Source of the DNA: Thermoanaerobaculia bacterium
Lineage (GTDB): Bacteria > Acidobacteriota > Thermoanaerobaculia > Multivoradales > UBA5704
Length of the DNA stretch: 64,000 nt
NCBI GenBank assembly: GCA_036271335.1
Contig: DATBAW010000161.1
Location: 1,255-65,254, forward strand
Direction of reading: 5' to 3'
Position 1 is the first letter of the stretch. Every line of letters starts with the position of its first letter. A model generated the notes under the pieces. It did no database searches. It was not told the origin of the DNA and saw only the letters and a program-made list of their open reading frames with translations. Of the stretch, positions 8,099 to 19,100 are shown in pieces. A program made the translations under genes and the position numbers.

Positions 8099-8109
8099 TA
8101 CGGGTGATC

Positions 8110-10170
8110 TCACCAGACGCGGCAGGCGTTCTCGCGCACCATCGGCGACTTGGCGGGACAGTTGAAGGCTTTCTGGAATTCGGGCATGTTCGAGACGACG
8201 CCGTTCACCCGGTAGCGGCCGGGCGAGTGGGGATCGGTCTGGGCGCGCACCTTCGCGCTCTGGTCGGTGATGCTCTCGCACCAGATCTCCCCCCAGCCCA
8301 GGAAGAAGCGCTGCTCGGGGGTGAAGCCGTCCCGCGGCGCCTCCGGCGAGCCCTTGAGGGTGTCCTCGAGCGCCATCAGGGCGATGCGCACGCCGCCGTT
8401 GTCGGCGGAGTTCTCGCCGAGGGTGAGGCGGCCGTTCAGATGCACCTCACCGCCGGCGACGGTGAACCCCGAGTATTCGTCGGCGAGGCAGGAGGCGCGC
8501 TTCTCGAACTCCTTGCCGTCCGCCTCCGTCCACCAGTCGGCGAGGTTCCCCTTGGCATCGAACTTCCGCCCCTGATCGTCGAAGCCGTGGGTCAGCTCGT
8601 GACCGATGGCGGCGCCGATCGCGCCGAAGTTCACGGCATCGTCCATCGACTTGTCGAAGAAGGGAGGCTGCAGGATGCCGGCCGGGAAGTTGACGTTGTT
8701 CTCGTACGGGTTGTAGCCCGCGTTCACCGTCGGAGGCGTCATTCCCCACTCCGAGGTATCGACCTTGCGGCCGATCTTCGCACGGTCGCGCGTTGCTTCG
8801 AACTCCGAGGTGCGCTCGCTGTTGCCGAGGGCGTCGCCGCGCACGATCTTCACCGGGGAGTAATCCCGCCAGTGATCGGGATAGCCGATCTTGTTGGCGA
8901 TGGCGACGCGCTTCTCGAGGGCCCGCTTCTTGGTCTCGTCCGTCATCCAGGAGAGGTCGCGGATGTCGCGGTCGAGCGCGCTCTCGAGCGCGACCACCAT
9001 CTTCGACATGCGCTCCTTCCCCTCGGCCCCGAAGTTGGTCTCGACGTAGCGCTGGCCCAGGGCCTCGCCGAGCTCCCGGTCGGTGAATTCGACGCAGCGC
9101 TTCCAGCGCGGCCGGAGCTCCTTGGTGCCGTTGAGGGTCTTGTCGTAGAAATTGAAGTTCTCGTTGACGAAGGCCGCGGGGAGCAGCGGCGCGGCGTCGC
9201 GGACCGTCTGCCAGCGCAGGTAGGCCTTCCAGTCGTCGAGGCTGTGCGCGGCGAGGAGCTGGTCCATCCCCTTGAAGAAATCCGGCCAGGCGACGTTGAG
9301 ATCGGCGAAGGCGGGAGCGCCGCTGGCCTTGAAGAAAGCGGCCCAGTCGAAATCGGGCGCCAGCGCGGCGAGCTCCTTGGGGGTCAGCTGGTGATCGAGA
9401 TTCGCGGGATCCCGCCGCTTGACGCGGTCGAGCGAGACCTTGGCGAGGCCGGTCTCGATGTCGAGCACGGTCTGGGCGTCCCGGGCCGAGGCTTCCTTGG
9501 GCTCGCCCATCAGCTCGAACATCTTCTGGACGTGGAGAGGGAACTGCTTGCGCACGTCGGCGAACCGCGCCTCGTCCTGGAGGTAGTAGTCGCGGTCGGG
9601 CAGCGAGAGCCCCCCCTGGTCGAGCACCGCCTTGTCGACGCTGGCATCCTTGAAGCCGGGCTGGGCACCGAAACGGAAGAGGGCGGAGACGCCATCCGCC
9701 TGCGCGCGGGCGAGGACCGGCGCGATGTCGCGCTTCGATTTCATGCCGGCGATCCGGTCGAGCTGGGGCTTGAGCGGAGCGAGCCCCTTCGCCTCGATGG
9801 CGGCTTCATCCATGCAGCTCGCGTAGAAGTCGCCGATCTTCTGATCGATCGGCGAGCGCTTCGGATCGTCCTTGGCGGCCGCTTGCAGCAGATCCCGGAG
9901 CTCGTACTGGTTGCGCTCCGACAGCTCGGAGAGGCGGCCCCAGCGGGAGCGATCGGGCGGCACCGGGTTCTTGGCGATCCAGGGGCCACAGGTGAACTGA
10001 TAGAAGTCGTCGCAGGGATTCACCGAGCGGTCGAGCGCCGTGGCGTCGAAGTGCGGCAGGGCCTTGGGCATGTCCGGGGCGGCGGGAGCCGGACCCTGCG
10101 CGAAGGCGGCCAGGGCAGTTCCCGCGGCGAGCACGGCGGACAGCAGATGAGGGCGGAGGGTATGGGGCAT
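8110..10170 (-). CDS. Secreted M13-family zinc metalloendopeptidase (neprilysin / PepO / endothelin-converting-enzyme-like)
   Basis: True start is the ATG at 10170 (MPHTLRPHLLSAVLAAGTALAAFAQGP..., Sec-type signal peptide), preceded by AGGAGA. The tracked 994-aa ORF (to 11094) is an out-of-frame run-on into the NRPS gene. HELTHGFD (HExxH), GENSADNGG (GENxADxGG) and VNAGYNPYENNVNFPAGILQPPFF (the NAYY-type motif) are M13 hallmarks. 686 aa. Confidence 0.9.
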   Translation of the reverse strand: MPHTLRPHLLSAVLAAGTALAAFAQGPAPAAPDMPKALPHFDATALDRSVNPCDDFYQFTCGPWIAKNPVPPDRSRWGRLSELSERNQYELRDLLQAAAKDDPKRSPIDQKIGDFYASCMDEAAIEAKGLAPLKPQLDRIAGMKSKRDIAPVLARAQADGVSALFRFGAQPGFKDASVDKAVLDQGGLSLPDRDYYLQDEARFADVRKQFPLHVQKMFELMGEPKEASARDAQTVLDIETGLAKVSLDRVKRRDPANLDHQLTPKELAALAPDFDWAAFFKASGAPAFADLNVAWPDFFKGMDQLLAAHSLDDWKAYLRWQTVRDAAPLLPAAFVNENFNFYDKTLNGTKELRPRWKRCVEFTDRELGEALGQRYVETNFGAEGKERMSKMVVALESALDRDIRDLSWMTDETKKRALEKRVAIANKIGYPDHWRDYSPVKIVRGDALGNSERTSEFEATRDRAKIGRKVDTSEWGMTPPTVNAGYNPYENNVNFPAGILQPPFFDKSMDDAVNFGAIGAAIGHELTHGFDDQGRKFDAKGNLADWWTEADGKEFEKRASCLADEYSGFTVAGGEVHLNGRLTLGENSADNGGVRIALMALEDTLKGSPEAPRDGFTPEQRFFLGWGEIWCESITDQSAKVRAQTDPHSPGRYRVNGVVSNMPEFQKAFNCPAKSPMVRENACRVW

Positions 10171-10178
10171 CGGCTCTC

Positions 10179-13100
10179 CTATCGGATGGGAGATAAGGTT
10201 TCGTCGGGGGAGTCTACCTCCAACAGCCCGCGCAGGACGTCGGCCATGACCTCCACGCCCATCGTCAGGATCGTCCGGTGGGAGCCGGGGATCTCGAAGA
10301 TCCGCAGCCGGTCGCCCAGCAGGGCGCCCCAGCCCAGCGTGGGGTCTTCGTTCTCTCCGGTCACGTGGGCGTCGGCGCGGAAGAGGCAGAGCGTGCCGCC
10401 ATAGGGGAGCGACGGGTAGGCGGAGAGGCACCGCCGGTTGGCGCGGAAGCGCTCGAACAGATGGCGCAGGTCGGCCAGACCGAGGCTCTCCGACAGCAGG
10501 CCGGCCCGGCGGCCGAGGTCGAGGGCTATGCTGAGCGCGGCGTCGGTGTCGAGCGTGCCGGCGTCGATGTCGGGGAGCTGGAGGTCTGGCGGGATCTTGA
10601 GGTCGCCGCGGTAGAGCTGCTCCAGAGAGCCGACGAAGATGGTCACCATCTCGGCGTCGGTCAGCTCGGCCTCGCCGGTCCAGCGCGCGGGCGCCGAGGC
10701 GTCGATCACCACCAGGAGCTCGACCGTCTCCCCCTGCGCTTCCAGCTGGCGCGCCATCTCGTAGGCCACGATGCCGCCCATCGACCAGCCGCCGATCCGG
10801 TAGGGGCCCTCGGGCTGCGCCCCGCGGACGGCGGCGACGTAGAGCGTCGACATCTGCACCAGGTCCGAGAGGGGGGGATCGGGTGACTGCAGACCGTAGA
10901 ACGGCTGATCGGCGCCCAGCTGGCGCGCCAGCTCGCGGTAGGCGACCACCTCCCCACCCACCGGGTGGACGCAGAAGAACGGCCGGTGGCCGGGCGCGCC
11001 CCTCTGGAGCGGTACCAGCACGCCGCGCCCGGCCTGGAACTGACCGGCCTCGACGGGATCGACGAAGGGACCGTCCTCCGCCTCCAGCCGCCACACGGCC
11101 GCGGCAAAGCGCTCGCGCACGAAGGCGGCGAGGCCGGCCACGGTGGGATGGTCGAAGATCGCCACCACCTCGACCAGCTCGCGCAGGGCCTCCTGGAGGC
11201 GGTGGACGAAGATGGCGCTGGTGATCGAGGTGCCGCCGAGCTCGAAGAAGTCTTCGCCGACGCCGATCTCGCGGTCGGCCGGCAGCCCCAGGAGGTTGTG
11301 GAAAAGTCCGGCGAGGAATCTCTCCAGCGGGTCGCGCGGCAGGACGCGCTCGGAGGCCGTCGCGGCGCCCGCCTCCGGAGCCGGCAGCGCCCGGCGGTCG
11401 ATCTTGCCGTTCTCCGTCAGCGGCAGGGACTGCAGGAAGACGAAGGCGGCCGGCACCATGTAGTCCGGCAGCCGCTCGGCCAGCGCGCGCCGCAGAAGCG
11501 CCGCGTCGTCGCCGTCCGTCGCGACGTAGGCCACCAGGCGGCGCTCGCCGCCGTGGCCGTCCTCGCGCGCCAGCACCACGGCCTCGCGGACTCCGGCCTG
11601 CGCGGCCAGCACGGCCTCGATCTCCCCCAGCTCGATGCGGAAGCCGCGGACTTTGACTTGGTTGTCGATGCGGCCGAGGTACTCGAGATCGCCGCCGGCC
11701 AGCCGCCGGGCCAGGTCGCCCGAGCGGTAGAGGCGGGCGCCGGACGTGGCGGCGAAGGGGTCGGGGATGAAGCGCTCGGCGGTGAGCTCGGGCCGGCCGA
11801 GATACCCCTGCGCGAGGCCGGCGCCGCCGACGTGCATCTCGCCGGGGACGCCGATCGGCAGTGGCTGGAGACGGCCGTCGAGCAGGTGGACGGCGAGGTC
11901 CGGGATGGGCTCGCCGATCAGGCTGCCGCCGCCGAGGTCCGCCGCCCGCACCGGCCGGTAGGTGACGTGGATGGTGGTCTCGGTGATGCCGTACATGTTG
12001 ATCAGCCGCGGGCTCTCGTCGCCATGGCGGGCGAACCAGGGGGCGAGGCTCGCCGGCTCCAGTGCCTCGCCGCCGAAGACCACGCAGCGCAGGGCGAGGT
12101 CAGGGGGCGCGCCGGCGAGCACGGCCTCCTCCGCCCAGAGGAGCTGGCGGAAAGCGGACGGGGTCTGGTTGAGGACGGTGACCCGCTCGTCGCGCAGCAG
12201 GCGGTAGAAATCTTCCGGCGCGCGGGTCACCCGGAAGGGCACCACCACCAGCCGGCCGCCGTGGAGCAGGGCGCCCCAGATCTCCCACACCGAGAAGTCG
12301 AAGGCGTAGGAGTGGAAGAGGGTCCAGACGTCGTCCGCGCCGAAGCCGAACCAGGGATCGGTCGTGGTGAACAGGCGGTCGACGTTGGCGTGCGTCACCA
12401 CCACCCCCTTCGGCCGGCCCGTCGAGCCCGAGGTGTAGATGACGTAGGCCGGGAGATCCGCATCGGCCGCGGTCTCCAGGCGCTCGTCGCTCCGGAGCTC
12501 GATGGCGTCGCGCTCGGCATCGAGGTGGACGGTGCGGACGGCCGCCGCCGGCAGGTCCGCCGCGTGCTCCCCCACCGTCACCAGCAGCGAGACGCCGCTG
12601 TCCGCCAGGGAGAAGGCGAGGCGCTCGGCCGGGTAGGCGGGATCGAGCGGCACGTAGGCGGCGCCCGCCTTGAGCGTGGCGAGGAGGGCGACGACCATCT
12701 CCACGGAGCGCTCCAGCAGGAGGGCGACGCGGTCGCCCGGCCACACGCCGGCCACCTGGAGGTGGCGGGCGAGCCGGTTGGCGCGGCGGTCGAGCTCGCC
12801 GTAGGTCAACCGCTCCTCTTGCCAGGAGAGCGCCGGGGCCTCGGGCGCGCGGTCCACCTGGGCCTCGAAGCGGCGGTGCAGGGCGAGGCGAGCGGCGGCG
12901 GCGGCGGGAGCCGGGTTCCACTCGGTTAGGAGCTGGTGGCGCTCCGCCGCGGTCAGCAGCGGCAAATCGGCGAGATGCTGCGCCGGCTCGTCGGTCCAGG
13001 CCGCGAGCAGGGTGGTGAAGTGGCCGGCCAGGCGGGCGATGGTGGCGGCGTCGAAGAGGTCGGTATCGTAGAGAAAGACGCCGGCGATCGCGCCGCCCGC

Positions 13101-16100
13101 CTCGAACAGGTTGACCACCAGGTCGAACTTGGCGGTCTCGACGCCGGCGTCGAACGGCGTCAGCGCGAGCCCCGGCAGCTCGAGGGCGCCGCCGCCGGCG
13201 GCCGCCTGGAGCTGGAAGGTCACCCGCAGCAGCGGCGGCCGGTGCGGGTTGCGCGGCAGACCGAGCTCGTCCACCAGCCGCTCGAAGGGAACGTCCTGGT
13301 GCGAGAGCGCGCCGAGCACGGCGTCGCGGCAGCGGGCGAGGAGGACCGGCAGATCGGGGTCTCCCGCCAGGTCGCCGCGCAGGACGAGGGTGTTGACGAA
13401 GAAGCCGATCAGCCCCTCGATCTCGCGGCGCGAGCGGCTGGCGACCGGCATCCCCACCGGCAGCTCGACCGCGCCGGTCTCCCGATGGAGCAGAGCGGCG
13501 AAGGCGGCGAGGAGGGCCATGAACAGGGTGGCATCCCCCTCACGGGCGCGGCGGTTGAGCCGCTCCACGGCCGCGGCCGGCAGGTCCCAGAGGCGGCTGC
13601 CGCCGCGGCCGGAGGGAGCCGGGGGACGCGGGCGGTCGGTGGGGAGCTCGAGCGGCGCGAGGCCGGCGAGCTGACGCCGCCAGTAGGCGAGCTGCTCGTC
13701 CAGCACCGCGCCGCGCAGCCACTCCCGCTGCCAGACGGCGTAGTCGGCGTACTGCACCGGCAGCCCGACGAGCGGCGACGGCCGCCCCTCCACAAGCGCC
13801 GCGTAGAGGCGGGTCAGCTCGGGGACGAACACCGCGGCGAGCGACCAGCCGTCGGCGGCGACGTGGTGGGTGCTCCAGAGCGCCACGTGCTCCTCCGGCG
13901 CCAGTCGCACGAGGAGCGAGCGCAGCAGTGGACCGCGCTCGAGATCGAACGGCCGCGCCCCCTCCGCCGCGACGACCCGCCGCGCTTCATCGACTCGCCG
14001 TTCCTCCGGCAGGCCCGTGAGGTCGACCACCGGCTGCGCCAGCGGCGCCGGCGCCTGGATCTCCTGCACGGCGCCGGTGGCTGTGGTGCGGAAGGTGGTG
14101 CGCAGCGCCTCGTGGCGGCGGCGGATCTCGGTGAGGGCGGCGGCGAGGGCCGCGGCATCCAGCCGGCCAGCGAGCCGCAGCGCGCCCATCATGTTGTAGA
14201 CCGGGCTCTCCGGCTCCAGGAGCTGCAGGAACCAGAGCCGCTCCTGCGCGAAGGAGAGCGGCAGCGGGCGATCGCGCGGGACGGGAACGACCGGCGGCGC
14301 CAGGGCCGCGCCGCCGGCGGCCTGCCTCGCGGCCTCGATCCGCGCCGCCAGGCCGGAGATCGTGGGTGCCTCGAAGACCGTCCGCAGCGGCAGCTCGACG
14401 GCGAAGGCCGCGCGGAGGCGGGAGATCAACTGGGTGGCCAGCAGGGAGTGGCCCCCCAGCTCGAAGAAGTTGTCGTTGACGCCGACGCGGTCGAGGCGCA
14501 GCAGCTCCGCCCAGACTGCGGCGAGCCGCTCCTCCACCGGTCCCCGGGGGAGCGCGGTGGCCGCCACCTGCCGGCGCGGCGCCGGCAGCGCCCGCCGGTC
14601 GAGCTTGCCGTTGGGGGTGAGCGGCAGCGCCGGCAGCTCGACGAAGACGGCCGGCACCATGTAGTCGGGGAGGCGGCCGGCGAGGAGGGAGCGCAGCCGG
14701 GCGGCGAGCTCCGGCGCCGCGCCGGGCGCCGCAACGACGTACGCCGCGAGGTAGCGGTCGCCGCTCTCGTCACGGACCACGACCGCCGCCGCCCGCACCC
14801 CTTCCAGGCGGACGAGAGCGGCCTCGATCTCCGCCGGCTCGACGCGGAATCCGCGGATCTTGATCTGGCGGTCGGCGCGCCCGGCGTATTTCACGTCGCC
14901 GTCCGGCTCGTAGCGCCCGAGGTCGCCCGTGCGGTAGAGGCGGCCGCCGGACGTACCGGGATCGGGGGCGAAGCGCTCGGCCGTGGCGGCGCCGTCGCGC
15001 AGGTAGCCGAGCGCCAGGTATGGCGTGCGGATGGCGATCTCGCCCAGCTCGCCGACGCCGGCCGGCCGGCCGGCCGCCCCGAGCACCAGGAGATCCACGC
15101 CGTCGATGCCACGGCCCAGCGGGACCTGGGAGGCGACCTCCTCCCCCACCACTTTCCACCCCATGGCCTGCGGCGTCTCGGTGGCGCCGTAGAAATTGAC
15201 CAGGCGGGCGCGCGGCGCGAGCTGCCGCAGGGCCGCCACGTCGCCGGCGGTCAGCGCATCGCCCCCCGAGCAGACCAGCCGCAGGGCGGCCAGGGGCGAC
15301 GCCTCACCGGTCGCCAGCAGCCGCGCCATCGGCGGCGTCAGATGGCAGACGGTGACCTCCTCGCGGCCGAGCCAGGCCGCGAGCCACCCGGGCTCGGCGA
15401 TCCGCTCCGGCGCCGGCACCCGCAGCTCGCCGCCGACCCAGAGCGGCGCGAAGACGTCGCGCAGCAGCGGGTCGTGCGCCAGGCCGGAGAGCAGGCTGAA
15501 GCGGTCGTCCGCCCCCAGGCCGAAGGTCTGCGCGTGCCAGCCCAGGAAGTGCGACAGGGGCCGGTGGGAGCCCACGATCCCCTTGGGTTCGCCCGTGGAG
15601 CCCGAGGTGAAGGCGATCCAGGCTGGAGCGTCGGGATCGACCGCGACGCAGGGCGCCTCCGGGTCCGCGGGGAGCCCGGGTCCCTCCAGCTCCCAGCCGG
15701 GGACGGCGGCGAGAGCGGCGGCCACCTCGGCAGGGACCTCGGCGGCGCCCGGCACGGCGACCCAGGCGCGGGGGCGGGCCTGCTCGATCACGGCCGCCAG
15801 CCGGGCCGGCGGATAAGCGGGATCGAGGATGACGAAAGCGGCTCCCGCCCGCAGCACGCCGAGCAGGGCCGCCGCCAGGGGAGCGGCCCGGTGTGCCCAG
15901 ACGGCGACCGGCTCGCCGGCGCCGACGCCGGCGGCCAGGAGCCGCCATGCCAGCCGCCCGCTCGCCGCATCGAGATCTCCCCAGGTCCAGGCACCGACGG
16001 CGTCGGTGGCCGCCGGGCGGCCGGGGTGCCGGCGGGCGTGAGCGAGGAAGCGCTCGTGGATGCTCTCCTCCCAGACCGGGGGGAGCGGCCGGGCGGGATC

Positions 16101-19100
16101 GGGAAGGATCCTGGCGGCCTCTGCGGTCACCAGGGAGATCGCCGCGATCCGTCCGTCCGGGTCCGCGGCGATGCTCTCCAGCACTGCCCGGTACTGCCGC
16201 AGCAGCTCCGCCATGCGTGGAGGATCGAACAGGTCGGCGTTGTAGACCAGAGTGCCCTCGATCTTCCCTCCCTCCTCGGCGACGTAGAGGGTGAGGTCGA
16301 ACTTCGACTCCGGCGCCGGCGCCGGCCCCCACTCGATCTCCAGGTCCGGCAGACGCTCCCCTTCAGGAGGGAAATTCAGCATGTTAAAGAAGACCTGGAA
16401 CAGCGGCGTACGCGACAGGTCCCGCTCCGGCTTCAGCTCGGCCAGCAGGGCCTCGAAGGGGACGTCCTGGTGCTCGTAGGAGCCGAGCGCCGTCTCGCGG
16501 ACCCGGGCGAGCAGCTCGCGGAAGGTCGGGTTGCCTGAGAGATCGGTGCGCAGGGCCAGCGTGTTGAGGAAGAAGCCGATCAGCCCCTCGGTCTCGGCGT
16601 CGCGGCGCCCGGCAACCGGTGAGCCCACCACGATCTCCCCTTGGCCGGCGAGGCGCGAGAGCAGGGCCTTGAACGCGGCGAGCAGAGTCATGAACGGGCT
16701 CGCTCCCCCCTCCCTCGACAGACGCCGGAGCGCGCCCGTCGTCGCCTCCGGAAGAGAGAAGTCGAGACTGCCGCCGCGGAACGTCTGGACGGCCGGGCGC
16801 GGGCGGTCGGTGGGCAGGTCGAGCGGCGGCAGCTCGCCGCCGAGCTTGCCGCGCCAGTAGGCGAGCTGCGCCTCCAGGGCATCGCCGGTCAGCCAGTCGC
16901 GCTGCCAGCGGGCGAAGTCTCCATACTGGATCGGCAGCGGCGGCAGCGGCGAGGGCCGGCCGGCGAGAAAGGCGCCGTAGAGGGCGATCAGCTCGCGGTT
17001 CATCACCCCGTTGGACCAGCCGTCCGAAACGATGTGGTGGACGTCGAGCAGGAAGAGGTGGAGGTCCGGCGCGAGGCGCAGCAGCGAGGTGCGTACCAGC
17101 GGCCCGGTCTCCAGGTTGAACGGGGCCGTCAGGGAACCGAGCGCCACGCGGCCGGCCTCGGCCTCGCGGATCACCGTCGCCAGCGCCGAGAGATCGACCA
17201 CCGGCAGTGGGACCCACAGGCTGGGGAGCGTCGGCTGGACCGGCCGGCCATCGATCTCGACGAACGTGGCGCGCAGGGCCTCGTGCCGGTCGACGATGGC
17301 GTTGACCGCCCGCTCCAGGGCGCGCGGGTCCAGACGCCCCCGCAGGCGCAGGGACGAGCCCATGTTGAACGCGATATTGCCCGGTTCCATGCGGTCGAGG
17401 AACCAGAGGCGCTCCTGGCCGAAGGAGAGCGGCGCGGGCTCTCCCGCCGGCCGCGGCCGCAGCGGCGGCGGTCCGGCCGCGACCAGGGGGGCTCCGGCGC
17501 GCTCCGCCGCCAGCGCCTGCTCGATCCAGGCCGCCAGCACGGAGACCCTGGGGGACTCGAAGACGGCGCGCAAGGGGATCTCGACGCCGCAGCTCTCGCG
17601 GACGCGGGCGACCAGCTGGGTGGCCAGCAACGAATGGCCGCCGAGCTCGAAGAAATCGTCGTCGCGCCCCACCTGCTCGACCCCCAGCACTTCCCGCCAG
17701 AGCGTCGCCATCGCCTCCTCGGCGGCGGTTCGCGGCGGCTCCCCGGCGCCCCCGGCGCGCTGGAGGTCGGGCGCCGGCAGCGCCGCGCGGTCCACCTTGC
17801 CGTTCGGGGTCTGCGGCAGGGCGTCGAGGGCGACGAAGTAGGACGGCACCATGTAATCCGGCAGCTCGGCCTGAAGGGCGCGCCGCACCGCCGGCACCAG
17901 GAGCCGTTCCCGCTTGCCACGCAGGGGCTCGTTGGCGTAGGCGCTCCACGGCAGCGGCTCCCCTGCGCCCTCGACCGCGGTCTCAGCCTCCCCGCGGGCG
18001 ATCTGTCCGGCGATCTCCCGCCGCAGCTCGCCGACGGTCCAGCCCGCAGCCTCGGCGACCGGCAGGAGCGCGAGCGCCGCTGATTCCTCGGCGAGGCGGG
18101 TACGCATGGCCGGCGTCAGAGGACCCCGGATCGCTCCCGGCAGAGCGGGCACGGTTCCGTCGCCACCGACGAGCAGGACGGCGTCGTAGCGGAAGCGGGT
18201 CAGCTCGTTGGTGCGGTCCCCCGGCTTGGGAAGAAGCAGGGCGCCGCTGACCTCGGGCAGTGCCGCCGCCAGGGCGGGGAAGAGGGCCGGTGAGAGCAGC
18301 AGCTCCTCCTCGTCGCGGACCCGCCGCTCGACCCGCCGGCGCAACGCCGCGGCGCTCCCCGCGTCGGGCGAGCGAAACAGCTCGACAGAGGCGTGGAGGG
18401 CGTCGAGCAGCTCGAGGTTGCGCACGTCGCCGACGAACACCGCCCCACCCGGCCGCACCGCCCGCACGGCCCCCTCCAGCACGCGCAGCAGGTAGTGGAC
18501 GTCGGGGAAATACTGGACGATCGAGTTGAGGACGACCAGATCGAAGCTCCCCGGCTCGACGCCCGTCCAGTCGTCCGCCGTGGCCTGCACCAGCTCCACC
18601 TGCGGCAGGTCGAGGCCGGCGGCAGCGATCCGGTGGCGTAGGTTGTCGAGGACGACGCCCGAGAAGTCGACCGCCCGGTAGCGCTCGGTGTGCGGCGCCA
18701 CGCGGAAGAGCAGGAGGCCGGTGCCGCACCCCACCTCGACGACACGGCGGGGGTCGAGCGCCAGGATGCGCTCGACCGTCGAATCCACCCACTCGCGCAT
18801 CTCCACGGCGGGGATCGGCTGGCCCGTGTAGGTGCTGTTCCATCCCTCGATGTCGAAGGTGGGGTCCGCCGCCTCGCTCCTGCCGTAGGTCTCGTCGTAG
18901 AGGGTCTGCCAGTGGGCGACGTAATCGGAGATCTCGGCCGAGCCGGCGGCCTCCGCCGCCTCGGCGCCGGAGCGCCAGACGACCCACGCCGCGAGCTGCG
19001 GGCCGGCGGCCAGACCCTCGACCAGATCGACGGCGGCCTCGCGCACGGCAGGGTGGCGCAGCAGGGCACCCTCGATCTCTCCAAGCTCGATCCGGAAACC

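Noticed and set aside
10171-11094. N-terminal 308-aa extension of the tracked 994-aa ORF 8110..11094.
   Set aside because: The extension is an Arg/Pro/Gly-rich out-of-frame read through the TE domain of NRPS-F. The M13 homology, signal peptide and RBS all begin at the internal ATG at 10170.
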